A DNA stretch of 64,000 bases from Eledone cirrhosa (lineage: Eukaryota), in the NCBI GenBank assembly GCA_964016885.1, contig OZ024742.1:12338001-12402000 (forward strand), in the 5' to 3' direction. Of this stretch, positions 1 through 12,009 are shown piece after piece. Each line of letters begins with the position of its first letter. Positions within the stretch are counted from its first letter, which is position 1. The translations under genes and the position numbers were made by a program. The notes under the pieces are model-generated. The model was not told where the DNA came from, did not search any database, and saw only the letters and a list, made by a program, of their open reading frames with translations.

Positions 1-410
1 GTGGCACCGTGAAATGTCGAAACGGCATCCATTAATGTTGGCAATTTCTCCGAGTCAATTTTTTCCACATTTTTTTCATTAGGGTTAGGCTCCATTTTTT
101 CAATGTTTCTAATAATCATTATTCTTTCAGTAGGGAGGCTTGTTGCCTCAGCTACCCGCTTTCCTTCAGTTTGTTTAGTGGGCGTGTCATCGTTACCTGT
201 GGTAATGGCTTCCATTACAACTAGCGTAGAGACAATCACAAGTTTTTAGGATGAAAGATTTCTCCACAAAAGGGGTGAAATAAATTAACCCTAATGTCCG
301 AAGACCCAGGCAAGGGGGTTAATTAACACAATAATGCAAGAATACAGACAAACACTTACTGTTAACACGTAATATCTCCAATACTCACGGAGCCGATGTG
401 AAGAACGTCT
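1..410 (-). mobile_element. Possible 5' end and start of ORF1 of a non-LTR retrotransposon, running off the window
   Basis: Minus strand begins AGACGTTCTTCACATCGGCTCC just after a (TCTA)n stretch, followed by a short frameshifted frame MEAITTGNDDTPTKQTEGKRVAEATSLPTERIMIIRNIEK. No diagnostic domain is visible. Confidence 0.25.
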
Positions 411-422
411 ATACCATCCAGA

Positions 423-1258
423 GATAGATATATAGATAGATAGATTTCTTTAGTTGCCACAAGGGCGCACAAGAAAAGGGGACAATACAAAGACATGCCG
501 GGGATTTTACATACAGTCGTGTAAAAAAATATAAAACAAACAATTACAACAATCGAAATCCCCAATAGGGGGAAGCGCCACAAATGGGTTGTTTAATACC
601 CCGTCGAAAGAACAACCCTCAACTCCAGGAGCGTGTTGTTCAAGTGTTCCTTTCTTCCTTTTGCTCTCTTATTTAACATACAGGCTTATAAACAGAGAAG
701 GTCCAATCACTCAGGCCATTTTCGCTTCATTCATCCACGTTTCAGTAAATTTACTGGGGTGCAGTGCCTCTCTCTCCACTCTGATCCACCTTCTACAGTA
801 GTATCTAAAGAAGGGAATGAGTTGTTGTCCGGAGAGAAAGGCATCTGTCCTGAGACCTCTCAATCTCGTCCACCATATAACCTCTTTCACCATAGCCACT
901 ATACAGAGAGAAACCGCCTCTCTTTCGTTTTTGAAAGAAGTTGGCGTTTTGATCCTTACTATGAACTCGACAGTCAACTGGATTTGTCCCATACGCGACA
1001 GCAGTTGTTCTACATAGTTCCACGGGTCAGTTACGCCCGAGCAATGTACAATTGCGTGCAAGACGGTTTCAATGTCCTGCGCGCATCTTTACACGTCCTC
1101 TTGGAAAGATCCCTGCCGGGGCGTCCGTGCCTGTAGATATTGTCTCGAACTGGTAGAGCTCCTTGGTAGGACTCCAGGCCAGGGACCTCTGTAAGTTGTC
1201 CATAGGTCCCGGGCGGAAAGTCCTACCAAACAGACTGGTAAGCTCCTCAATATAAGAC
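423..1258 (-). mobile_element. 3' fragment of Tx1/L1-clade LINE (C-terminal Cys/His region and 3' UTR)
   Basis: ORFs 1069-1260 and 711-1061 (LFGRTFRPGPMDNLQRSLAW; HAIVHCSG..WNYVEQLLSR) are homologous to 28741-29350. The 3' UTR GCCCTTGTGGCAACTAAAG ends in (TCTA)n. Confidence 0.85.
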
Positions 1259-1282
1259 ATATTAGGAAGGTTTGTACGTACT

Positions 1283-1349
1283 TAGGTTGCAGGAACCGAA
1301 CTCACAACCTCACGATTGCGAATGCGATACTCTAACCACTCAGCCACAC
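1283..1349 (-). mobile_element. tRNA-derived SINE head
   Basis: Reverse complement GTGTGGCTGAGTGGTTAGAG...GTGAGTTCGGTTCC contains pol III A-box-like and B-box-like motifs. Confidence 0.6.
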
Positions 1350-1365
1350 ACTTCTCTGTCTCTCC

Positions 1366-1428
<63 letters not shown>

Positions 1429-1429
<1 letters not shown>

Positions 1430-1612
1430 CGAAGGACATGTGGTAAGGAATCAGGTGGACCATAATGCACCAGAGTACTCGATATATATATAGGACAAGA
1501 GTCAGAACCCCGACGGCAGAGTTCAAGCCGTTTCGACAGGTATTCTGGCCCACATATAGCTGTCGAAACGGCTTGAACTCTGCCGTCGGAGTTCTGTCTC
1601 TTGTCCTATATG
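1429..1612. mobile_element. PLE pLTR remnants forming a short inverted repeat, containing the 3' half of a hammerhead
   Basis: 1490-1539 and 1560-1610 are inverted copies, each with GAAACGGC...GCCGTC. 1429-1480 matches 19475-19528. Bounded by (TA)n. Confidence 0.7.
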
Positions 1613-1629
1613 TATATATATATATGTGT

Positions 1630-4600
1630 GCGTCAGGCGACTCTCGACTGCTACTGATGACATGTAACCCAGTACAACCTGTCGCATAATCGGGTCGTCG
1701 GCGACAAAACCGCCAGCCGCATCAAGTTTACTTGGTGAGGAGGGTGATTTTGGACATCCGGCAGGACAAAAACAAAACCTGACAAAGGGCGGAAGAACTC
1801 ATAAGAGTCAACGGCCATCCATAAATTGTGTAAATATGTATATAGTGTATATAGTGTATATTTGGGAGCAGTGGTCGACAATCTGTCTAGGAGAGGGAGC
1901 ACTCTGATTTCAAAGCCGGGGCGGACAGAGTTCTTTGGCCTTGATAGGCAATATGTCAAACCAATCCTGACTGGGTTAAACGACGACATTGGTAAGCAGG
2001 ATGTCGGATCAGTAGATAAGGCAATGATCAAGTAACTGTGAATTTGATTCATACTACTAGTGGCAAGGCGATCATATCAACTATTGTTGGATGTTTCGGT
2101 GAGGCACAACCGTTCTAATACAGAGTACTGCTTTCACTTGTATGGACCGCAAGTCTATATCCAGCTATTGAAAGCTAAATATGACACAATTCCTTCGATG
2201 TTCCTCCCGCAGCGCTCGTCCCGCGGTTAAACAAGGAGCGCGTCCTGCAACTGATTCCAGATTGCAGTCCAAAAATTCAGATACTGGGAAACATACACGG
2301 AGAAAACAACCAACCCGACTTGTACACGGAAAGAAAGACATCTTTGCTGGTACACTCAATGTTCAAACACTCCAGAAAGACCATACAATCCCTGAACTGA
2401 TTGCTTCAGCAGGGGCAACCAACCATGATGTTATCTGTCTTCAGGAGCACCGGTTCATACATGAAGAGCTTGTAACAAAGGAGCAAATATTTGGCAATTG
2501 GAGGCTGATAACCTGCTCAGCTTGGAAAAACAGCATGAATGCAGCAAATTGTGGAGTTGGAAGGCTTTTCAGCCCGCGAGCCTATGATGCACTTGCGTGT
2601 GTTGAAATGATAACATCAAGGATAATGATAGCTACGTTTAACGGGAATCCTAAAACCACTGTAATCTCTTGCTATAGTCCAACAAATGTATGTGACATGG
2701 CCGAAGTAGAGAGGTTTTACATGGAACTAACATCACTCACTAGACAAATCCCGAAACATAATGTTCTCATCATTGGCGGAGACTTCAACGCGCGTCTTGG
2801 ACAGCTTGATGGATTCAAATTTTCATACCACTCACAAACCACTAGAAACGGTTGTATGCTAAAAGATTACTTGTGTGAGAACAATTTACGATGTCTCAAC
2901 GCCATATTCCAAAATATACCAGGCCAGCGGTGGACACACAAATCTCCAAATGGCGACAAGACACAACTGGATTATATCATAATAAATCGAAAATGGAAGA
3001 ACAGCGCAAAAACACTGCAGATCATATGACTCGGTTCTTAGTGTTGACTCGGATCATCGCATTGTCTCGGCCAAGATACGATTAAGTCTCCGAGTGGATA
3101 AAAAGAAATCTGCAAATGCTACTCCTTACAACTGGGCAGTTCTGAATGCCAATCCTGAGACTTACAAAACCTTTGTAACTCAACTGAGCAACCGATTTGC
3201 TGCCCTACAAGACTCTGCGCCAACAAAATGGTCAAATTCTACATTTAATCACTTTCAAATGGCATTCAAAGAGGCAGCGACCGACACCATCACTTTAAAA
3301 CCCAAGGTTAAAAAACGAAAACCCTGGGAAGCAGAGAGGATACGCCAAAAGCGCAAAGAGTTGCGAAAAGCTGCAGAATTGAAAGACACTCAACGATCTT
3401 CAGAAAACATTAGTAACTTCAATACTGCTTGTACAGCACTGAAAAGTGAGTATGAAATTGAGCAAGCCGAATACATGCAGAGAAATATCAATAATATCTC
3501 GAGTACTGTCAGCAATAATAAGTCTGCTGAAGCCTGGAAAACTGTCAATGAAATTAGTGGCAGAAAAAGTAGTGACAGAGCCAAACTGAAAGCCTCCAGC
3601 CAAGATGAACGTTTAAAACTGTGGCAACAACATTTTCAGAACCTACTTGGCAAAGCAACACAGATCATCGAAGAAGAAATAATACCCGTTTTTACAGAGG
3701 AACATCAAATACAGAAAAGTCCTTTCACTATGGAGGACCTACAGAAAGCATTGAAAAGTATTGGTAACGGAAAAGCGTGCGCACTCGACGAGATCTCAGC
3801 TGAAGTGTGGAAGGTACCTGAATTTCACCCAAATCCTACTAGAGTTGTGTAGTGGTGTCTATAATCAAGACCCCATAGAGAAATGGACTGAGGGATGTAT
3901 ACTCCCTTTTCCCAAAAAGGGAGATCTTGGAATGGCTAAAAACTACCGTGGCATAACACTAATGGCAATTGCCGCAAAGATATACAATCTCATGTTGCTT
4001 GACAGAATAAGACCTGTCATTGACCCCTTGCTGAGTAAAAAACGAAATGGCTTCCGCACCAACAGATCAACATCAGGGGAAATACTTACTATTTGGCGTA
4101 TCTTGGAAGGCGTAAAAGCCAAAAACCTCCCAGCTATTCTCCTGTTTATTGACTTTTCAAAAGCATTCGTTCCATCCATCGTGGGAGGATGAGAGAGATA
4201 CTTCTAGCCTACGGCTTGCCAAATGAAACAGTAAATGCCATCATGATGTTATATAAAAACACCCGCGCAATGGTACGCTTACCTGATGAAGATACCAACT
4301 TCTTTGACATCATTGCAGGATTACTCCAAGGGGATACTCTTGTACCATATATTTTTATCATCTGCCTCGACTATGTATTGAGAAAAGTCTTTGACGAAAA
4401 CTTAGAGCTTGGTTTCACTCTCACAAAGCGAAAGTGTAGACGCCATGCAGCTCAGAAAATCACCGATGCTGACTATGCGGATGATTTTGCGGTCCTCGCT
4501 GACTACCTTAAGGATGCAACATCACTACTTCACAGCATCAAATCAGTTGCAAAAGAAATCGGACTCTATGTCAACGCAAGCAAAACAGAATATATTTGCC

Positions 4601-4965
4601 TGAACCAAGACTCCTCAGTTGGTATGCGAAGTCTAAACGGCGATATAATCAAGCAAGTTGACGACTTCAAATATTTGGGTAGCTATATCGCCTCCACAGA
4701 ACATGATGTTAACATCAGACTGGGAAAAGCCTGGGGAGCATTGAATGCAATGGAAAAAATATGGAAATTAAACCTGCCGGCCAAACTGTAAAGGAATTTC
4801 TTCAGAGCTGCTGTGGAATCTATGCTTGTTTATGGCTCTATCACTTGGACGCTAACGTCGAAACTGGAGAAAAAGCTAGACGGGGCATACACACGTATGC
4901 TTCGTGCTGCTTTAAACGTATCTTGGAGGGAACACCCAACAAATAAGGATCTCTATGGCAATATA
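1630..4965 (+). pseudogene. Decayed RTE-clade LINE: APE endonuclease plus reverse transcriptase
   Basis: Endonuclease motifs GTLNV, CLQEH, CYSPT, GGDFNAR, QLDYII and DSDH. RT motifs PKKGDL..NYRGITL, LFIDFSKAF, GLLQGDTL, DADYADD and FKYLGS. Split across frames by frameshifts and stops; 3' end truncated. Confidence 0.9.
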
Positions 4966-5032
4966 CCACCATCTCTATGCCAACAAAATCTATACAGAAA
5001 TACACACATTAACACATATTTTCCTATTCTCC

Positions 5033-5235
5033 GACAAGTTTGCAGTTGTACCCTTGGCAGTGGAGATTTCTGGTGTCCTCGGCCCTAGGGCTACCTCCCT
5101 ACTCACCACCATAGGCGCTGAGCTGGCCAGCCGCAGGTGTGAACCTCGCGAGCTGGAATGGCTTTTCCAGCGCGTCTCCCTTGCCGTCCTCCGGGGAAAC
5201 ACCTTCTCTATTCTGTCCGCCGGGGCTGTGGGGAG
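5033..5235 (+). mobile_element. 3' fragment of CRE-clade non-LTR element (end of restriction-like endonuclease)
   Basis: FAVVPLAVEISGVLG...WLFQRVSLAVLRGNTFSIL matches the P-x-AVET-x-G...QR-x-S-x-A-x-x-RGN C-terminus of CRE elements. Second copy at 55606-55808. Confidence 0.7.
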
Positions 5236-5298
5236 ACAAGACGATTATATTACGAATGCTGTTGAATAGTGTTAAATACTTCAATAAAGTACACACAC

Positions 5299-5329
<31 letters not shown>

Positions 5330-5789
5330 TATACACTTCATCTGTAATTATATATTTATATAGTGTGTGTTTATCTATCCATAAATATATGCAACTTCAT
5401 TCAATTTTTATTCTCACATCATCCTTGTAATTTTATTATTAGTTCATAATACCGGCTTAGTTTGTTTTAAATTATTTATACACTTATGATGTTTTCCTAG
5501 TACTTTTCATATGTATTTATCGATTCAGCTTTTGTTAAGACTGTTCAGTAATTCCCTCCATATTTTACCCCCTTTGAACATTAGATTTTAGTTATAATGC
5601 TGTAAAGTTAATTCATTCATAGTTGCTGTACGCCAATCTATTGTCTAACACAGGTTTTATGTCACCTTTCCAGTCACAGTTCTATAGTTCAGCTTTATGT
5701 TACATCTCTGTCTTGTCAAACCGTTTCCATGAAACATGCCAAAATAATTGAACTTCTTCCTCACACCACATTACCTCACCCCTTCCTCC

Positions 5790-6430
<641 letters not shown>

Positions 6431-6538
6431 AATAGCCCATATATGGTCCTCTCTTCCATTTTGTCTCTATGTGTCATTCTCTTTCACTCGGTCAAACATT
6501 AAACCTCTCACTATATCTATCTATCTATATATATATAT

Positions 6539-7420
6539 ACTAGCAGCAGGACCCGGCGTTGCACGGGCTAGGAAACATGAAATAGTAACACGCATATGCA
6601 AAGATTGAGGAATGTAGCTGTGTACTTTTTGAATTCCCTTACTCTCAGGGAATGATTGTTCATCTACTGGAAACGTAGAACACCAGCAGACAGAATCCAG
6701 TAGTAGCGGTGTCAGTGGACTGATTGCGGAAATACTGTATGCGAAAGGAGTAAGTAAGTGTTGTGGGGCGATGTATGTCGTAAGTCTGTTCACGAATTAC
6801 GTCACAGATGGCGAACACACGTCAGTCTGACGGAGTGGCGTAGTCAATTGTGTGAAAACCAAGTAGGGATGAACGTTTAAGTAGGGATATTGAGATGACG
6901 AAATCAGCGTGACAAAGCAGCTGCAGCAGAATGGGGTCATAGTGTAATTAGCACAAACACTGGGCGGCACTGATTTCACTGCATTTACACAGCAACAAAG
7001 GTGCGACAAAGGGGTCACTGCGGAATTAGCACAACCGCTGTTCAGCATACTTGCGCAGGACGTTCGTACTGCAGTGTAGGTGCAACAAAAAGGGTCTTAG
7101 TAGAAGTAGCACAGACGTGAATTTTACGCTGTCAATAACACGGCAACATACACAGGGCCCGGATTTGTGCGTGATGAAAGTACGAAGCGTCAACAGGGTG
7201 CCGACAAATATTTTAAGGTCCTCCTCATTTCCTCAACCCCCCGAAAATGGTCCTGCTTAAAAGTAAGTAAGTGTTGTGTCCTCTGTTAAATAGACTTTAG
7301 TCTATTTCCATGCCAGTATGGATTGAATATGTGTCACTGATGAAAGATTAACAAATCTTGAAACAATACTGTCTGGCATACTTGAGTGGACTGGCAACTC
7401 TGTTATATATTATTATAAGA
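6539..7420 (+). mobile_element. Helentron-associated non-autonomous element (HINE/DINE-like), putative
   Basis: Starts ACTAGCAGCAGGACCCGGCGTTGCACGGG with a short hairpin and ends in TTATATATTATTATAAGA, typical of DINE-1/HINE-type ends. The 3' boundary is approximate. Confidence 0.5.
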
Positions 7421-8178
7421 AAATAGAGACAAATAAATTGTTTTGTTACGAAAAAATAATTTTCTTTGATAGCAAGTTACTAAAATGAACATGATATCAT
7501 CTGCACCCCTATAATGCTTAAAAACGTAAGATAGAAATCTGATTTTATTTTATTGCTCACTCTCCCTCTCTTTTTCTTGCTCTATCTCTCCTCTCTTTCT
7601 TACTTGCTGTCTCTCTCTCCCACTTCTACTCAATGAATTCCTATACAAGGTTCACTTATTCGATTGTTTACTTTCAACTACTCCCTGCATGTAAATAAAA
7701 GTTTGAGAAACTTGTTGAAACTATAAAACGAATGAAATGGTAAAAATGCATTACATAATGGAGTTGTGAAACAAAAACTATATTTTAAACGACACTTAAA
7801 ACATTTTAAACATCAAAATATTAAAACTTCATAAATATATGTTATACTCATGAGTATTTCAAAACCACACCATCTAAACAATGTTTATAAACGGGTTTTC
7901 GATTTTTGCCCATTTCTCAGGCATAAAATAGGAGTTTAGATTATATTTAGATCAGTTGATATTTGAGTATATATGGTAATGTCTCTGTTATGTCTAATTT
8001 AGGGAAAAGAGAAAAAAATAGAGAGGATAACAAAATATTATCAAATTCTGGATATCACTATATATGATTACCATATTGCTCTAAATTCAGCAACCCTAGA
8101 AAAAAGAAAAAGATGTACCATTATATTAATGACTTTCTGTTTCTATTTCAAATGACATAAACTCATTAAGCTCGAAAT

Positions 8179-8210
<32 letters not shown>

Positions 8211-8211
8211 T

Positions 8212-8302
<91 letters not shown>

Positions 8303-8347
8303 GTGACGAAACATAAGTCAATTGCATGAACTTATAATCCTGTATTT

Positions 8348-8403
8348 ACTGCTATATATATTTCGATGATAGCTATTGAATGGCTATGACCTCATCAGGC
8401 AGT
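8348..8403 (-). ncRNA. Type I hammerhead ribozyme motif (intact core)
   Basis: Reverse complement ACTGC-CTGATGA-GGTCATAGCCATTCAATAGCTATCATC-GAAA-TATATA-TA-GCAGT. Stem I is 5 bp, stem II is paired, stem III is palindromic, cleavage triplet AUA. Confidence 0.85.
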
Positions 8404-8409
8404 TAGTCA

Positions 8410-8760
8410 GTTCTTAGATATGCCAGCTTCCTCCCCCTCACCCTCCCTAGTATACTTGCTTGACCTCCTGCTCTGCTGTAGTTGGCACTATCAACGCACG
8501 ACTGGGTTTCCTCCACTCCCTCTCCCTCTTTCTTCTACTGGCAGGTTCAGCTAACCCTTCCTCCCACAAATTGCCATGATAGAATTATGTGTCTCAACAA
8601 CAAACTTTTGACCAATCCTTGTGACAATCACTTTTACCATATATGGAATTACCCCCTGAGAAGCTCGGCTATTCATATACCAGGATAAAAATGTTCATTT
8701 AGTCCAGAATTAGCCGTCGAAACGGCTTGAGCTCAGCCGTCAGTGTCCTTCTCGTTCCTA
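8410..8760 (+). mobile_element. PLE pLTR with decayed hammerhead (8651-8746)
   Basis: Homologous to the reverse complement of 19555-19815. ACCCC-CTGAGAA...long stem II...GAAA-CGGCT-TGAGCTC-AGCCG-TC; ends at (TA)n. Confidence 0.75.
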
Positions 8761-8774
8761 TATATATATATATA

Positions 8775-8813
<39 letters not shown>

Positions 8814-9100
8814 TTCAAACTATTAATAAATGAAAAATATTCTCATAATCAAAATATATATTTTATTATACATATTTCAAAGGTACAATGGTGTTTAAGT
8901 ACATTTTCATCAGATAAAATATAAGTTTTGATATACGACATAACGCTACGGTTTTGATTATTCAATTGCAATAGTGGCAGTGATTTATTTCACCAATCCT
9001 CAATGTTTTTATACCACAAAAAAAATGATAAACTTAGAGAAGAAGAGGACGTAGAGCAAGGTAGAAATATAGAAGGGGAGTTGAGATGTATATATATATG

Positions 9101-9131
<31 letters not shown>

Positions 9132-9221
9132 CTATGTCTATTTATCTATCTCTCTCTATCTCTCTCTATATATATATAATTAGAATTCAAAAGAATCAAT
9201 GCTATGTTCAAAGCATTTATT

Positions 9222-9268
9222 CACTTACAATTGTTTCATCCAAACCTAGGCTTGGATTCTTCGGAGCA
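9222..9268 (-). ncRNA. Hammerhead ribozyme motif with one core mutation
   Basis: Reverse complement TGCT-CCGAAGA-ATCCAAGC-CTAG-GTTTGGAT-GAAA-CAATTG-TA-AGTG. Stem II is 8 bp and stem III is palindromic, followed by AATAAA and (TA)n. Confidence 0.7.
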
Positions 9269-11014
9269 TTTTTCAATGTTTGTACACACAATTGACCTCC
9301 TTTCCAACGCAAGAGACATACATATACATATGTATATATTGATGTACAGTGGAGTGACATATATTATACTATATTATTTCTGTATAGCAATTCAAATTCA
9401 AAATCAAAATCAAAATTAAAATTAAAACAAAATTAAAACAAAATTAAAATACATTCGGCAGTTAACATAGATAATGCAAGATGATAGTTTGTTAGTCAGA
9501 TGTAGTAGTTGGTGTATGCGTTAGCTACACGTGGGGCATGCACGTGTGTCTCATTTATATATGATTATTGTGTGGCAGGGTGTTACATGCAATACAAGCA
9601 CTTTAAGCGGGTATGTAAGAGTATTATGGAGGTTGTAGTGGTAAGGTATTTTTTGTATATAATAAAAAAGTATGTGTACAGAAAAATAAAAATAAAAAAG
9701 GAGAAGCAAAAGAAAGTTATAGTTTTCGTATCCACCACCATTTTCACATTGAGGAAAAGTAATATATAGTTTATACATCCATCACATAAGTAACGATGAT
9801 TCCGTATTGGATGTTTGATGCATTAATTAAATTATTTTAGCTTATTGCGGCTCAGTGTTATTTAATCCAATTTTATAGGTTGATTCTGCTGCGAGAATTT
9901 ACATCGGTTTATTATCCGGAAGTATGTGTGTAATTAAGGGGAGTTAATGCGTAAGGGGAGGTAACTAGCTGATTTCCATAACTAAATTCATTGTTCTAAC
10001 ATACATTATAAGGTGTCTCAATTGAGTCCCTTATATAGACGGTTATATATTTATATCCAGTTTCCAATTTTAAATACAGTCTACTCTATCATGATGTACT
10101 AAAGGTATTTATATTAGGATGATTACTCCCTATCATACAGTGCTACAACTGAATACTCCATACAAAGAGCCATATCTTTATATCAAAGTTCTTTGCAAAT
10201 GTAGTCTACTCACAGAACATGTCAGGGGACCTATTAGAATTATGTCTACATAACCCCTGGTAAGTTCTGGAGCAGCGTATGGCTGTTTGCATGGCAAAGC
10301 CAAATACATCTCTAGGGCAGACAAAATCATCCCTCATTTACAATGTCATTAATCTATCAATCAAGTTATACTTGCATATATAACTCACATACCATTCATA
10401 CATAATTCATTGCACTCAACATATAAGTTATACAGATCTCTTATGTTAATAAATTAATCTTATATATATCCAATGTTATTACTCCATACATACAAATACA
10501 ATTGCATAAATAATTCATTGTCGAATCTGGTATTTAAAGCTTACATAGACTGTATTGTATCACTATATAATTATAAGTAATTGAAAGCAATTATACTAAA
10601 AGTAGGTGTTTATGGGGATATATCTAGGGTATAAAGTTATAGATAGATGGAATGATTTGTGTCGCGATAGGGTGGATCAGAGAGTGTGGAGTTGTGGTGT
10701 AAGGTGTGCCCTTGAGGTGTAGTGTTAGAAGTGGTGATGGGTTCAAGTCTGACATTGTTATAAATTGGGTTTAAAGTTTTGGAAGGAGTGCCGGAAGCGG
10801 TGCTGGCACGACGCAAACACTTCCGATTTTTATTAAGGAGGTTATGGTTTGAGAAGATTATAGTATTGATTCTTGTGAATTCTATATAACTGCTCTGTAG
10901 AACAACTGATGTTATTACATTGAGCTATTTATCTTACTGGTAATAAGGTAGTAATAAATTATTGTCTTTCACTGTTTAGGGTTTAAAATATATATAACTA
11001 TAAAAAGTTTTAAT

Positions 11015-11104
<90 letters not shown>

Positions 11105-11168
11105 AAGAATATTTTCGAAACAGCAAGTTGGTTTGAAATTATTAGAAATGTAAGCTATCGCCGTATTT

Positions 11169-11341
11169 TGACTAAAGAAATTAAAGAAATTATTTAGCCT
11201 GATAGTGGGGTTAAGAACCCTCGGAGAAATGGAAAAAGATGAGTATTGGCGTACATGGGATCAATACTCATCTTTTTCCATTTCTCCGAGGGTTCTTAAC
11301 CCCACTATCAGGCTAAATAATTTCTTTAATTTCTTCAGTCA
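11169..11341. repeat. Near-perfect inverted repeat, 80-bp arms, 13-nt spacer
   Basis: 11169-11248 vs 11262-11341 with one mismatch, lying between (TA)n tracts. Confidence 0.9.
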
Positions 11342-11372
11342 TATATATATATATAAATACATGTATATATAA

Positions 11373-11445
<73 letters not shown>

Positions 11446-11472
11446 CGTATATATATGTATATATATATGTAA

Positions 11473-11565
<93 letters not shown>

Positions 11566-12009
11566 AATAAATTATCGAGAATCAGAATTTCGGCCCACGA
11601 AATAACGAAACACAATCTTCGAAATGCGTGCCAAAGGGCTCAATAGTTTGGTAAACCAGAGCTATAACTATCGTTTAAATACCAACACACAGAGATAATG
11701 CTTAAAATCACTCGCACAGCCGAAAAAAACGACCAAGAAAATTGGGTCAGACAAATAATAATATAATCGGTTAATTTAATTTATTCGGTCCTCAATGTTA
11801 CTATTAACTGACCAACGGTCAAAAATACAGATACTACATAGACACAAACACATATATATAGTCTAATAAATTTCTTTCGTTGCACATCTGCAACATCGTC
11901 AGTGGTGCTATTATGTTTCCTCCTGTTGTATTGTATGCCTACGCCATCTTTATTTAGTCTGTTTATTTATTTATTTATTTATTTGTCTTCTCTGTATGGA
12001 ATTAGCTAT

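Noticed and set aside
1283-1349. Functional tRNA gene
   Set aside because: The acceptor stem is not properly paired and there is no terminator; better explained as a SINE head.
9270-10880. Decayed PLE coding body upstream of the 9222 hammerhead
   Set aside because: Only vague RT-like fragments in stop-riddled frames; cannot be supported without a search.
11575-11650. Possible minus-strand hammerhead (CTATTGA-GCCC...GGGC-CGAAA)
   Set aside because: The core has two mismatches and stems I and III cannot be formed convincingly.
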